From an uncultured virus (IMG/VR IMGVR_UViG_3300016471_000568) (taxonomy: Duplodnaviria; Heunggongvirae; Uroviricota; Caudoviricetes), in IMG/VR virus record IMGVR_UViG_3300016471_000568: a stretch of DNA of 64,000 nucleotides; one strand, given 5' to 3'. Of the stretch, positions 1-9,012 are shown piece after piece (position 1 is the first letter of the stretch; each line of letters begins with the position of its first letter). The notes beneath the pieces are model-generated. The model ran no database searches. It was not told the DNA's origin and saw only the letters and a program-made list of their open reading frames with translations. The position numbers and the translations under genes were made by a program.

Positions 1-981
1 AATAATTTATTTAATACTTTAGGAGTTAAAACAGGTTCGGATTTTTTAACGAATACTAGTTTAACTGATGCGTTAGTTGGAAATTCATTTGGATATGTAA
101 CTAAATTATCAAAAACATATGGTTCGGAAGCAGATAGTGGAGGATCTATATCATGGAAACAAGCTCGTATTGATGTTATTCCAGGACAACAAACATATAA
201 TATAATAACTGCAATATCAAAATCTTTGGGATTAGTATTAACATCAGGTTCAGTTGAAATTAAACGAGTACTTCATAATGCACCTCCAGCTATTGTGCGT
301 TATTTTGATCCATTCGTTGGTACCGGATTAGGATCTCAACAACTTTTAGATGCATTTGATTTTGGAGGATTTTCTCCGTCTGTATCGTTTATGATGATGC
401 CAATTCATGCAGATTTATTTAGATTACAAGCTATTGAATTTAATGATACTGTTAGAAAGTCTCAATATTCTTTTGAATTACATGGAGATGATATAAAATT
501 ATGGCCAGTGCCAATAAAACCAACCGGGTCATCGGCAGCAACTCCATTTTTTGATAAAGTATACATAGAATTTACGTTGCAAGATGAAAAAACAAACGAA
601 GGCGTTTTATTTGGCAATTCCGCACTTATGCGCGGCGTTGTAACGGACGCATCAAATATACCATATACATATCAAACATACAGTAGAATCAATGATATGG
701 GGCGTTCTTGGATTTTTAAATACGGTATTGCTTTAGCTAAAGAGATGTTAGGATATATTCGAGGAAAATATTCTTCTGTTCCAATACCAAATGGAGAAGT
801 AACACTTAATGGAAGTGATTTAACATCACAAGGACAAACAGAAAAAGGAGAATTAATTACACAACTTCGAGAATTTTTAGATAAAATGACTCGAGAACAA
901 ATGATCACAAGACAAAATGCAGAGTCAACACAAATGAATGAAATGCTAGCAAAAGTTCCATTAAAAATATATCTAGGATAA
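1..981 (+). CDS. Neck/head-tail connector protein (T4 gp13-like), 5'-truncated by the window edge
   Basis: The frame of the 226..981 ORF is open back to base 1. C-terminal WIxKYxxAxAKExLGxIRGKY...IPNGEVTLNG resembles gp13-like neck proteins. First gene of a neck/tail cluster. Confidence 0.7.
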   Translation, partial: NNLFNTLGVKTGSDFLTNTSLTDALVGNSFGYVTKLSKTYGSEADSGGSISWKQARIDVIPGQQTYNIITAISKSLGLVLTSGSVEIKRVLHNAPPAIVRYFDPFVGTGLGSQQLLDAFDFGGFSPSVSFMMMPIHADLFRLQAIEFNDTVRKSQYSFELHGDDIKLWPVPIKPTGSSAATPFFDKVYIEFTLQDEKTNEGVLFGNSALMRGVVTDASNIPYTYQTYSRINDMGRSWIFKYGIALAKEMLGYIRGKYSSVPIPNGEVTLNGSDLTSQGQTEKGELITQLREFLDKMTREQMITRQNAESTQMNEMLAKVPLKIYLG

Positions 982-995
982 AAGGAGAAAATATT

Positions 996-1517
996 ATGGC
1001 GCTGTTTGGAGGAATGCGAGATGCAAAATTTTTAGCATCTATTAATAGGGAATTAATAAATGCAATCGTAGATACAGAAATTGAATTTTTTAAATTAATA
1101 ATACAACAAAGTGATTCGAATCTATATGGAGAATCTGAACGAAAAATGTATTATGATTCTATTTTATTACCATGCATGATTACAAAAGAAAATAAAACAT
1201 CAAACATGGATGATTATGGTCATACTTATACAAGAACTGCACAATTTGCATTATCGCGCGACTTATTAGAACGAGCAAATTTTTATCCTGAAGTTGGAGA
1301 TATTATATTTTGGGACAATGAATACTATGAATTAGATAACGTTGATGCAAATCAATATTTTGTAGGAAAAAATCCTGAAACGTGGCCAAATGGTAACAGT
1401 CATGGATATAGTGTATCAATATTATGTGATGCACATGCAACGCATCAAACTGCAACCGGAATAACAAATACTAGAAACGGCGGCAATAATCGCTCTCCAG
1501 TTTACAAAGGATTATAA
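996..1517 (+). CDS. Neck/head-completion protein (gp14-like)
   Basis: NLYGE and PEVGDII...YYE motifs typical of gp14-like proteins; AAGGAG upstream; synteny. Confidence 0.65.
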   Translation: MALFGGMRDAKFLASINRELINAIVDTEIEFFKLIIQQSDSNLYGESERKMYYDSILLPCMITKENKTSNMDDYGHTYTRTAQFALSRDLLERANFYPEVGDIIFWDNEYYELDNVDANQYFVGKNPETWPNGNSHGYSVSILCDAHATHQTATGITNTRNGGNNRSPVYKGL

Positions 1518-2743
1518 TGGCTAAAATAAATCGCCAAAATATTGATCGTAAAACAAATAAACCAGAACCTGTAAATCGAGAAGGTTTATTTGAAGAACCA
1601 TATTTGCAACGATCTAGTCAAATTCGACAAGATGATGATATTGTTCGATCTGCAAAACGAACTATATATGATATTGATTATGCAATTAAATGGTATATTG
1701 AAAACGAAATTCAACCACAAATAAAAGCAAATGATACGTTAATATCAGTACCAGTAATATTTTCAAATGGTGAAAAATGGGATAACGTTCGTAGACTGGG
1801 ATATCTTCGTGACGAAAAAGGTATGTTACAATCTCCATTAATCATGTTGAAACGAAATTCATTTTCCGAAAACGACGGCCAACGCACATTGAATGTTAAT
1901 AAAGATATTGCCGGAAATCAAATTATTTATCGTAGAAAATACAATAGTAGAAATCGATATGAAGATGAATTATTTCCAATACCATTGGCACAACCTGCAC
2001 TATCAAATGAAATTTTTTTAATCGATATACCAAGATATATTACCGTAGAATATGATTTAATGGTATGGTGTGATTTTACTACACAGATGAATGATTTAAT
2101 TGAACAAATATTTGGTTATAGCAGATATGCGTGGGGTAACGAAACAAATAAATATCCAACATCATTAGGTTCAATAACATTTGAAACCGTAAATACAGTT
2201 GGAGAGGATAGATTAGTACGTGCAACAATACCATTAACAGTACGTGGAAATTTATTAGCAGAACAAAAAACTCGTATATCTACTATTAAAAAAATGTATT
2301 CAATTAAAAAAGTATCTTTTGATACAGTTGTAGACGTAGGAAATACAAATATATTTGATACAACGACTATTCCTATACAAATATTACAATTTAAATCTTC
2401 GGTATTAAGTGGAGGAAGTATTAATATAACTTCCGGTGGTAGTGCAATTACAATCAATTCACAAACCATGCAATATTTAACTACAATTACTGAAAAATAT
2501 GGTACTGTAGTATCAAGTACAACTTTAACAGTTAATGGATCAGCTGCAACAAACCCTACTACTAATAATTTAGCAACAGAGAATGAATTTGATATTTTTA
2601 TTAATGGACAATACATTGATAAACTTTGTTATAATTGGATTCCAAATGGATTGGGAATTCAACAAATTGTTTTTGATTTAGCCGTATTAGGATATGCATT
2701 AGATGCATCATATGTTATTGTTGTTAAAGGGAGATGGGCATAA
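1517..2743 (+). CDS. Tail terminator/sheath stabiliser (gp15-like) with C-terminal extension
   Basis: VPVIFSNGEKW, PLIMLKR and P.Y..VEYDL.VW..FTTQMN.LIEQI pattern; follows gp13/gp14-like genes. Confidence 0.6.
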   Translation: MAKINRQNIDRKTNKPEPVNREGLFEEPYLQRSSQIRQDDDIVRSAKRTIYDIDYAIKWYIENEIQPQIKANDTLISVPVIFSNGEKWDNVRRLGYLRDEKGMLQSPLIMLKRNSFSENDGQRTLNVNKDIAGNQIIYRRKYNSRNRYEDELFPIPLAQPALSNEIFLIDIPRYITVEYDLMVWCDFTTQMNDLIEQIFGYSRYAWGNETNKYPTSLGSITFETVNTVGEDRLVRATIPLTVRGNLLAEQKTRISTIKKMYSIKKVSFDTVVDVGNTNIFDTTTIPIQILQFKSSVLSGGSINITSGGSAITINSQTMQYLTTITEKYGTVVSSTTLTVNGSAATNPTTNNLATENEFDIFINGQYIDKLCYNWIPNGLGIQQIVFDLAVLGYALDASYVIVVKGRWA

Positions 2744-3276
2744 TGTCTCGTTTAATTAGATTTAGTCAACTATCTTCTATTGATGTATATAATATTACGG
2801 GGTCGTTATTTGGAACCGCATCGTGGGCTAAATCTTCATCTAATTCTATTTCTAGTTCGCATGCAATAACTAGTCTAGAAACAGCATCTGTAAATAATGC
2901 AACTATAACATTAATTAAAGGAAATGGTTTATCATTCGATATAACTGTTAATAACGTAACAAATGCAATTTCGTCATCGTTTGCATCAACGGCAACTTCC
3001 GCTTCATATGCCATAACAGCATCACATGCATTGAATGGCGGCGGCACTGGTGTAGGATTTCCATTTTCAGGAAGTGCTGTAATTACGGGCTCATTGCAAA
3101 TTAAAAGCGATATTAACAACGTATTTTTAATTAAAAATTTTAACAACGAGCCTATATTAACTGTATCACAAAGTGGTGTAGTAGTCTTTGCAACACAAAG
3201 TATGGAACTAACAGGATCGGCACCAAATGGTGCAATATACTTTACATCCGAATCTTTTTTTGTAGGTTTAGATTAA
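2743..3276 (+). CDS. Virion structural/fibre-associated protein
   Basis: Ser/Thr/Gly-rich with ITGSLFGTASWA, ASYA and FPFSGSAVITGSL motifs; ATG overlaps upstream stop (TAATG). Confidence 0.55.
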   Translation: MSRLIRFSQLSSIDVYNITGSLFGTASWAKSSSNSISSSHAITSLETASVNNATITLIKGNGLSFDITVNNVTNAISSSFASTATSASYAITASHALNGGGTGVGFPFSGSAVITGSLQIKSDINNVFLIKNFNNEPILTVSQSGVVVFATQSMELTGSAPNGAIYFTSESFFVGLD

Positions 3277-3309
3277 TGCATATATTTATTATAAAAATAG
3301 GAAACTAAA

Positions 3310-3885
3310 ATGGCAACATGGAAAAAAGTTGCAGTATCGGGCAGTAACATATCACAATTTGCTAACGATGCCGGATACGTAACAAACATAAGTGCAATTT
3401 CTTCATCGGTATTATCAAGTCCAGGACAGGGCCAAGCTGTATTAGTCAACAACGGTGTCTCTGGATCAATCGTAGATTTAGGATTAGAAACTGGAGATTC
3501 TCCTACATTTGTTGGATTAACGCTTACGGGTGATTTGACTGTACAAGGTACAGCTTCATTTCAAAACACGCAAAATTTACTAGTAGCAGATCGATTCGTA
3601 TTATTTGCATCTGGATCAAATATCGATGGCGACGGTGGTATTGTAGTACAACAAGATACTCAAAACGTTGGTGTGTTATATGGTTATAATTCAATGTTCA
3701 ATCGTTGGGGGTTTACTTCATCATTTGATGCAACGGGCAACTCATTTACGCCAGCAGCATACGTAGGAGCAGCAGAAGCCAGTCTAGGAGCACCAAATGC
3801 AGATCCAAAATATGGTGGTGCAAGTGCAGGATACGGAACAATATATGTTGACCAAGCAACCGGAGATATTTATATTTACGCATAA
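3310..3885 (+). CDS. Virion structural/fibre-associated protein (WKKVxVSGS N-terminus)
   Basis: Preceded by ATATTTAT motif and AGGA; LTLTGDLTVQGT...NLLVADRF fibre-like segment. Confidence 0.6.
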   Translation: MATWKKVAVSGSNISQFANDAGYVTNISAISSSVLSSPGQGQAVLVNNGVSGSIVDLGLETGDSPTFVGLTLTGDLTVQGTASFQNTQNLLVADRFVLFASGSNIDGDGGIVVQQDTQNVGVLYGYNSMFNRWGFTSSFDATGNSFTPAAYVGAAEASLGAPNADPKYGGASAGYGTIYVDQATGDIYIYA

Positions 3886-3897
3886 AAACAACAAGTT

Positions 3898-4074
3898 ATG
3901 AGCATACTAGACAAATTAAAATCACACCCTAAACCAGAATCAAACAATCAATTAACAAAACAAGAAATTGAATTTTTATTGGTTTTACTCAAAGACGTAT
4001 CCATTCGCGGAGAGCATGTAGAAACATTTTACAACATCATATTGAAATTACAAGAACAATACGTAAAACAGTAA
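3898..4074 (+). CDS. Small hypothetical protein, 58 aa (not in the ORF track)
   Basis: Read directly: MSILDKLKSHPKPESNNQLTKQEIEFLLVLLKDVSIRGEHVETFYNIILKLQEQYVKQ*; fills the intergenic gap; AAGTTATG start context shared with other genes. Confidence 0.7.
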   Translation: MSILDKLKSHPKPESNNQLTKQEIEFLLVLLKDVSIRGEHVETFYNIILKLQEQYVKQ

Positions 4075-4085
4075 TATTTATATTA

Positions 4086-4151
4086 AATGTTGTTGGCCGC
4101 AAGGAAGTGGGCACACGCACGGCATAAGTGTTTGTAACCAACCGCAGCATT
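4086..4151 (+). ncRNA. Putative structured cis-regulatory RNA (three-way junction, GNRA hairpin) in 5' leader of a tail-fibre gene
   Basis: GC-rich non-coding stretch. AATGTTGT(4086-93) pairs with GCAGCATT(4144-51); CC-GCAA-GG hairpin (4097-4104); ACACGCAC(4113-20)/GTGTTTGT(4128-35) stem; TGG(4108-10)/CCA(4138-40). Lies between a late-type motif (4074-82) and the RBS/ATG (4166). Confidence 0.55.
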
Positions 4152-4165
4152 AACAAGGAAACAAT

Positions 4166-5032
4166 ATGCCAAACTGGAAAAAAGTCATCGTATCAGGTTC
4201 TGATGCTGCGTTAAATTCACTATATGCATCGAGCATTACTGGCTCACTACTCGGAACTGCGTCGTATGCTGCAAATGGCGGAGTAACCCAATTATTAGCA
4301 GGCTCTAATATTACTTTATCTCCAACAAATGGTAAAGGACAAGTAACTATTACATCGACAGGGGGTGGTCCAAACTTCAACACAGCAACAGGATCATATG
4401 GTAGTTTTTACGATACTACAACCCAAACAAACCCAGTAGCTAATGTAGCTCGGTCAATGTCTTTTGATTCAACCGACATTACAAATGGCGTATCAATTTC
4501 AGGTTCAACATCACCATATAACACGTACATTAAAACTGAAAATGCTGGAGTATACGACATTCAATTTTCAGCTCAGTTAGATAAAACAGATTCAGGAAAT
4601 GATGATATATTTATTTGGCTAAGAAAAAATGGTATAGACCTAACCGACACAGCAACAAAAGTTACTTTATCGGGCAATAATGATAAAGATGTAGCAGCAT
4701 GGAACTGGTTTGTAAACTCAGCAGCAAATGATTATTATCAAATTATGTGGTCTTCACCTGATACACACGTAAGATTATTTGCTGAAACCGCCGGAGGAGG
4801 ACACCCAGGTATTCCTTCGGTAATACTAACAGTAAATCGAGTAGATCAGTTTTTAAGCAACACAGGATCATTTACGGGTTCATTTACAGGAACGTTAATA
4901 GGTACGGCTTCATATGCATCTCAAGCATTGTCAAGTTCATTTGCCGTAACAGCATCATATGCCTTATCTTCTGCAGGTGGACCTGGAGGCGACACAACAG
5001 CCGTTGAAGCACAAACATGGTTTTTAATGTAA
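4166..5032 (+). CDS. Tail fibre-like structural protein (WKKVxVSGS N-terminus; BclA/C1q-like beta domain)
   Basis: MPNWKKVIVSGS; YGSFYDTTTQ...GVYDIQFSAQL...IWLRKNG domain; TGSFTGS and TASYA repeats. Confidence 0.6.
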   Translation: MPNWKKVIVSGSDAALNSLYASSITGSLLGTASYAANGGVTQLLAGSNITLSPTNGKGQVTITSTGGGPNFNTATGSYGSFYDTTTQTNPVANVARSMSFDSTDITNGVSISGSTSPYNTYIKTENAGVYDIQFSAQLDKTDSGNDDIFIWLRKNGIDLTDTATKVTLSGNNDKDVAAWNWFVNSAANDYYQIMWSSPDTHVRLFAETAGGGHPGIPSVILTVNRVDQFLSNTGSFTGSFTGTLIGTASYASQALSSSFAVTASYALSSAGGPGGDTTAVEAQTWFLM

Positions 5033-5044
5033 TAAAAGAATAAC

Positions 5045-8005
5045 ATGGCAAAAAGAAACAATAACGGGTATATTGGTAGAGTTTTTGATTTAGACATTAA
5101 GGGCGTTATTGATCTACATAAACGCAATAATACCAGGTACAAATATGACACACTAACCTATCAAGACCCGGCACTGCAATTTACGGGAATAGACCAACCT
5201 ACTGGAAGTTTATTTGCATTAGGTGTATCAAATTTCGGTTCTGGTTCTGCAGCCACAACAAGCTTGGTTAGCGGAACATTAGCCAATGTAACTATATACA
5301 CAGCCGGTACTGGTTATGCAACAAATGCTACTTTGAGTTTTTCTGGAGGTGGGGGAACTGGTGCTAATGCATATGTTTCAACATTTGCAGCAGGTGCATT
5401 AAGTGTAGTAGAACGTTTAGGATACGTTAAAGACATAGTAATAACTGATCCAGGCCAAGGTTATACATCTGCGCCTACTATGACTGTATCAGCACCCGTA
5501 ACAGCAAATAGTGTTGCTGGAGTAACAGCTATTATTTCTGCTTCAATTACAAATGGCGAATTAACCGGATATACAATACATAACACAGGAAGTAATTATC
5601 GAGCAGGTAGCAACTGGCCAACAATTACATTTAGTGGAGGTGGAGCTACACGCGCCGCAACAGCTGTTCCTGTTTTAGAATTTGGACGAAATTACACAAG
5701 TAATCCTACAGTAACAGTAACTGGTGCTGGATCGGGTGCAGTAGTTTCTGCTTCAATTGTAGGTGTATTATCTCCAACAGGAACTGTTACAACAGCAGGA
5801 GGAGGATATTCTTCGGCACCTACTATTAACATTCCTGCAACAGATGCTTTGGTTTCTGCATCTGCAACTCTAAATGCAGGTGCTTTAGATACCATTACAA
5901 TTGCAACTGGTTCTTCAACAGTTCACAATGCACCTAACATTAACATAGGAGGCGAATTAAGTTATCCTGCACTAAACAATAATGAAATTTATGGAACATA
6001 TGCAGTATATAATAATAATTCAAATTGGGTAGCTTTTAACGTGACTACTAATGGAGGAGGGGGATATACTGTGGATTGGGGTGATGGAACTTCAAATAAC
6101 TATGATACAAATGTAACAGCATCTAAGCAGTATACTACCTCTTCATATGCAGCACTTTCAAGTTCATTGTATGATGGCACTAAATTAACCCAAATAAAAA
6201 TAACACTTTCAGGTAGTGCTACATCACTAGCAACTGTAAATTTAACTACAAGACCAACCCCAACAACAGGATCATTTCCCAGTGCAACAGCACAAACAAA
6301 TCATTGGTTATCTATTGCAGCTGCTGGAACAAACATAACATCATTTACGCTTGGTGCATCAGCGACCGGAAATAATTGCACTAGTGGAATGTTACAGCGA
6401 TTTTATTTTTCTGGATCAAATCAAATAAGCAATTTTCAAGCTATGTTTTTAAACTGTTACAGCTTGCGAGAAGTAACAGAATTATACATGGGATCAGGAA
6501 GTTCGTACGGATCTACAATTTCAGGTCTTGGTATGTTTGAAAACTGTACCAACTTAATAAAGATACCAACTATAAATTTAAATTCTGCAGCTGTAAGTTT
6601 AGGGTATATGTTTAGTCAGTGTAGAAATTTACCAACAATTACATTTTTAAATTCTGAAAATATTTTTGACTATACTGCTACATTTAGTAATTGTTTGGTA
6701 TTAGAATCAATTAATGGATCTAATTTAAGTAGTCCTAACGTAACATCCTTGTCATCAACATTTAACAATTGTTTAAATTTGGTAGAATTACCTGCTATTA
6801 ATGTTACTAATGTAACTAATATGGCTAGTACTTTTCAAGCCTGCTACTCATTGACAAGCTTAAAATTTACAGGAAATACTAGCAAAGTAACAACATTTAA
6901 CTCTACATTTTTATCATGCCTTTCATTATCAGATATACCTAAAGTTATTGATGCAACATCAGCAACAACACTTGCAAGCATGTTTAATGGGTGTCGACAA
7001 CTGCAAGAAGCACCTACAATCACAAACTCAACACAAGTTACAAATGTGTCGAGTATGTTTTCTGGATGCTCTTCGCTAAGACGCGTACCTTTATTTGATA
7101 CACGATCTGTAACAACATTTGTAAGCATGTTTAATGGGTGCACATCGTTAATTTCAATACCTCGTTTTAATCTTCGAAGTGCAACTACGGTATCTAGTAT
7201 GTTTCAAAGTGCTACTACTTTAAAAACAATACCACTGCTAAACACAGCAAATGTAACAACATTTTCAAATATGTTTGTTGGCTGTTTAAGTTTAATAACT
7301 ATTCCTGCTATTAATACTGCAAAAGGGACTGCATTTGACGGCATGTTTAGTGGATGCAATGGATTAAAATTTATACCGTACTTAAATACCGGGAATGGAA
7401 CTACGTTTGCAAGCATGTTTGCTTCATGTACATTGTTGTCTGAAATTAGCACATTAGACACTTCAAACGCAACTACACTACTTAATATGTTTAATGATTG
7501 TAGATCATTAAAACGTGTACCAAATTTTAATATACCAAATTGCACATCATTACAACAAATGTTTACAAATTGTGGTACTTTAACGCAAGCCCCAACTTTT
7601 TACAATGCAAATAAGGTAACAACGATAGCTAGTATGTACAATACCTGTACATCACTTGTGCAAATACCCAGCATGTCTGGTGCTGCATTAACAAGCATAG
7701 CAAATGCATTTGCTAATTGTGGTAATTTAATTGAAATCGGAAGTATTCCATGTTCAGCTGCTGGATTAGTTACGACAACTACTCCATTTACTAGTTGCTC
7801 ATCGTTAAAACGAATGGGAATAACCAACATAAATGCATCTTTTACTGTAGCAAACTGCTCATTAGATTCAAATGCATTAAACGAAATTTATACTAATTTA
7901 TCTGCAACTGGCACCGGAAAAACTATCACTGTAACAGGAAATTGGGGTACTGCAAACGATACTCCATCAATAGCAACGACAAAAGGGTGGACAGTCAGCG
8001 GATAA
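5045..8005 (+). CDS. Large receptor-binding/tail-fibre protein with DUF285/BspA-type leucine-rich repeats
   Basis: N-terminal GxGYTSAPT repeats, YTVDWGDG PKD-like motif, then many ~22-25 aa repeats of the form VTxFxSMFxGCxSLxxIPxxNT. Confidence 0.75.
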   Translation: MAKRNNNGYIGRVFDLDIKGVIDLHKRNNTRYKYDTLTYQDPALQFTGIDQPTGSLFALGVSNFGSGSAATTSLVSGTLANVTIYTAGTGYATNATLSFSGGGGTGANAYVSTFAAGALSVVERLGYVKDIVITDPGQGYTSAPTMTVSAPVTANSVAGVTAIISASITNGELTGYTIHNTGSNYRAGSNWPTITFSGGGATRAATAVPVLEFGRNYTSNPTVTVTGAGSGAVVSASIVGVLSPTGTVTTAGGGYSSAPTINIPATDALVSASATLNAGALDTITIATGSSTVHNAPNINIGGELSYPALNNNEIYGTYAVYNNNSNWVAFNVTTNGGGGYTVDWGDGTSNNYDTNVTASKQYTTSSYAALSSSLYDGTKLTQIKITLSGSATSLATVNLTTRPTPTTGSFPSATAQTNHWLSIAAAGTNITSFTLGASATGNNCTSGMLQRFYFSGSNQISNFQAMFLNCYSLREVTELYMGSGSSYGSTISGLGMFENCTNLIKIPTINLNSAAVSLGYMFSQCRNLPTITFLNSENIFDYTATFSNCLVLESINGSNLSSPNVTSLSSTFNNCLNLVELPAINVTNVTNMASTFQACYSLTSLKFTGNTSKVTTFNSTFLSCLSLSDIPKVIDATSATTLASMFNGCRQLQEAPTITNSTQVTNVSSMFSGCSSLRRVPLFDTRSVTTFVSMFNGCTSLISIPRFNLRSATTVSSMFQSATTLKTIPLLNTANVTTFSNMFVGCLSLITIPAINTAKGTAFDGMFSGCNGLKFIPYLNTGNGTTFASMFASCTLLSEISTLDTSNATTLLNMFNDCRSLKRVPNFNIPNCTSLQQMFTNCGTLTQAPTFYNANKVTTIASMYNTCTSLVQIPSMSGAALTSIANAFANCGNLIEIGSIPCSAAGLVTTTTPFTSCSSLKRMGITNINASFTVANCSLDSNALNEIYTNLSATGTGKTITVTGNWGTANDTPSIATTKGWTVSG
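6425..7830 (+). repeat. Tandem protein-level LRR (DUF285-like) repeats
   Basis: Recurring xMFxxCxxLxxIP units in the translation; partial DNA-level similarity (AGCATGTTTAATGGGTG at ~6978 and ~7124). Boundaries approximate. Confidence 0.8.
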
Positions 8006-8040
8006 TCTAATTAAATTTATATTTATAATAAAATAATAAT

Positions 8041-8304
8041 ATGGATACTTCAGGATTTTATAAGCTTGATCAAGATGGAGAAACAATCATATGTGGTCCT
8101 AACTATGTTTTAGGCCCATATGATCATTATAGATTGTATCGAAACAAAAAAGACACATACACATATCCAACTGATGGTTGGTATTGGTTTGATTCTGAAC
8201 AAAAAGCATATGCTTTTTTTGAAAAAGAATGGACACCTAATGCCCCAACAATGGGACTACTTAAACCATGGTTAAACGAAACAAATACGGAAAACAATGC
8301 CTAA
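8041..8304 (+). CDS. Hypothetical protein (possible fibre accessory)
   Basis: 87 aa; late-type motif at 8019; GFYK...PNYV...YTYPTDGWYWFDSE. Confidence 0.6.
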   Translation: MDTSGFYKLDQDGETIICGPNYVLGPYDHYRLYRNKKDTYTYPTDGWYWFDSEQKAYAFFEKEWTPNAPTMGLLKPWLNETNTENNA

Positions 8305-8623
8305 TACCTACAAATCAACAGCTGCCGAAATTAATGCAACTGGGTCAGTTACTATTTATACTACACCTAGTTTAACTACTACTATTGTAAAAAGTTTATA
8401 CTTATCAAACATAACTACTAGTAGTATTTCATTGGATGTTATCCTTAATAAAAGTGGCTCTGCTATAAACTATTTTTTAATCACAAGTGCATCAGTTCCT
8501 ACACAAACAGCATTTCAGCCTGTATCCGATACTTTAGTTTTGCAAACTGGAGATTCTTTAGTTATAGGAAATTCCTCACCAAGTAGTTCCGATGCTATAT
8601 TATCATATTTAGAAGTATCTTAA
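8297..8623 (+). CDS. Small beta-rich virion structural protein
   Basis: IYTTP...TIVKSLYLSN...LVLQTGDSL...SYLE pattern common in phage tail regions. Confidence 0.55.
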   Translation: MPNTYKSTAAEINATGSVTIYTTPSLTTTIVKSLYLSNITTSSISLDVILNKSGSAINYFLITSASVPTQTAFQPVSDTLVLQTGDSLVIGNSSPSSSDAILSYLEVS

Positions 8624-8693
8624 TTAACATAAGTAAAACAGAAATTCTTGGATAATTCAAACATTTTTATTATAATATCAAGAAAAGGTTATC

Positions 8694-8963
8694 ATGACTC
8701 GAAAACTAGATAAAGAGCATTTAGATGAAATTCAATTATTGCGAAAAAATTATAGTTCTAATGCATTAGAATTAGGAAATATTGCAATTGAAATTTCATT
8801 ACAAAAACAGCGAATAGATATGCTTAACAACGAGCACATTCGTTGTATTGATGAATACAATGAATTACGTAAACAAGAAACTGAACTTTTAGAAAAACTT
8901 CGAGAACGATATGGCGATGGCGAAATAAATATTGAACAAGGATTATTTACTCCTACTACATAA
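8694..8963 (+). CDS. Small coiled-coil hypothetical protein
   Basis: Heptad-rich with C-terminal RYGDGEINIEQG; has its own -35/-10 promoter at 8648-8676. Confidence 0.65.
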   Translation: MTRKLDKEHLDEIQLLRKNYSSNALELGNIAIEISLQKQRIDMLNNEHIRCIDEYNELRKQETELLEKLRERYGDGEINIEQGLFTPTT

Positions 8964-8982
8964 GGTTTGATAATTATTGTTT

Positions 8983-8991
8983 ATATTTATA
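8983..8991 (+). promoter_or_regulatory. Putative late-promoter motif ATATTTAT(A), representative copy before the tail sheath
   Basis: Same motif at 3282, 4074, 8019, 11520, 13204, 21107, 22602, 27105, 31627, 44440, 61715 and 63485, nearly all shortly upstream of gene starts. Confidence 0.75.
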
Positions 8992-9012
8992 AGAAAATTA
9001 CAAGGAGAATAA

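Noticed and set aside
4086..4151. Reading the leader structure as a simple terminator or a known ribozyme
   Set aside because: No U-tract follows, the fold is branched, and hammerhead-type core sequences (CUGAUGA/GAAA) are absent.
5045..8005. Diversity-generating retroelement acting on the fibre gene
   Set aside because: No reverse transcriptase in the window and no near-identical TR/VR pair differing at adenines was seen; the repeats are degenerate protein repeats.
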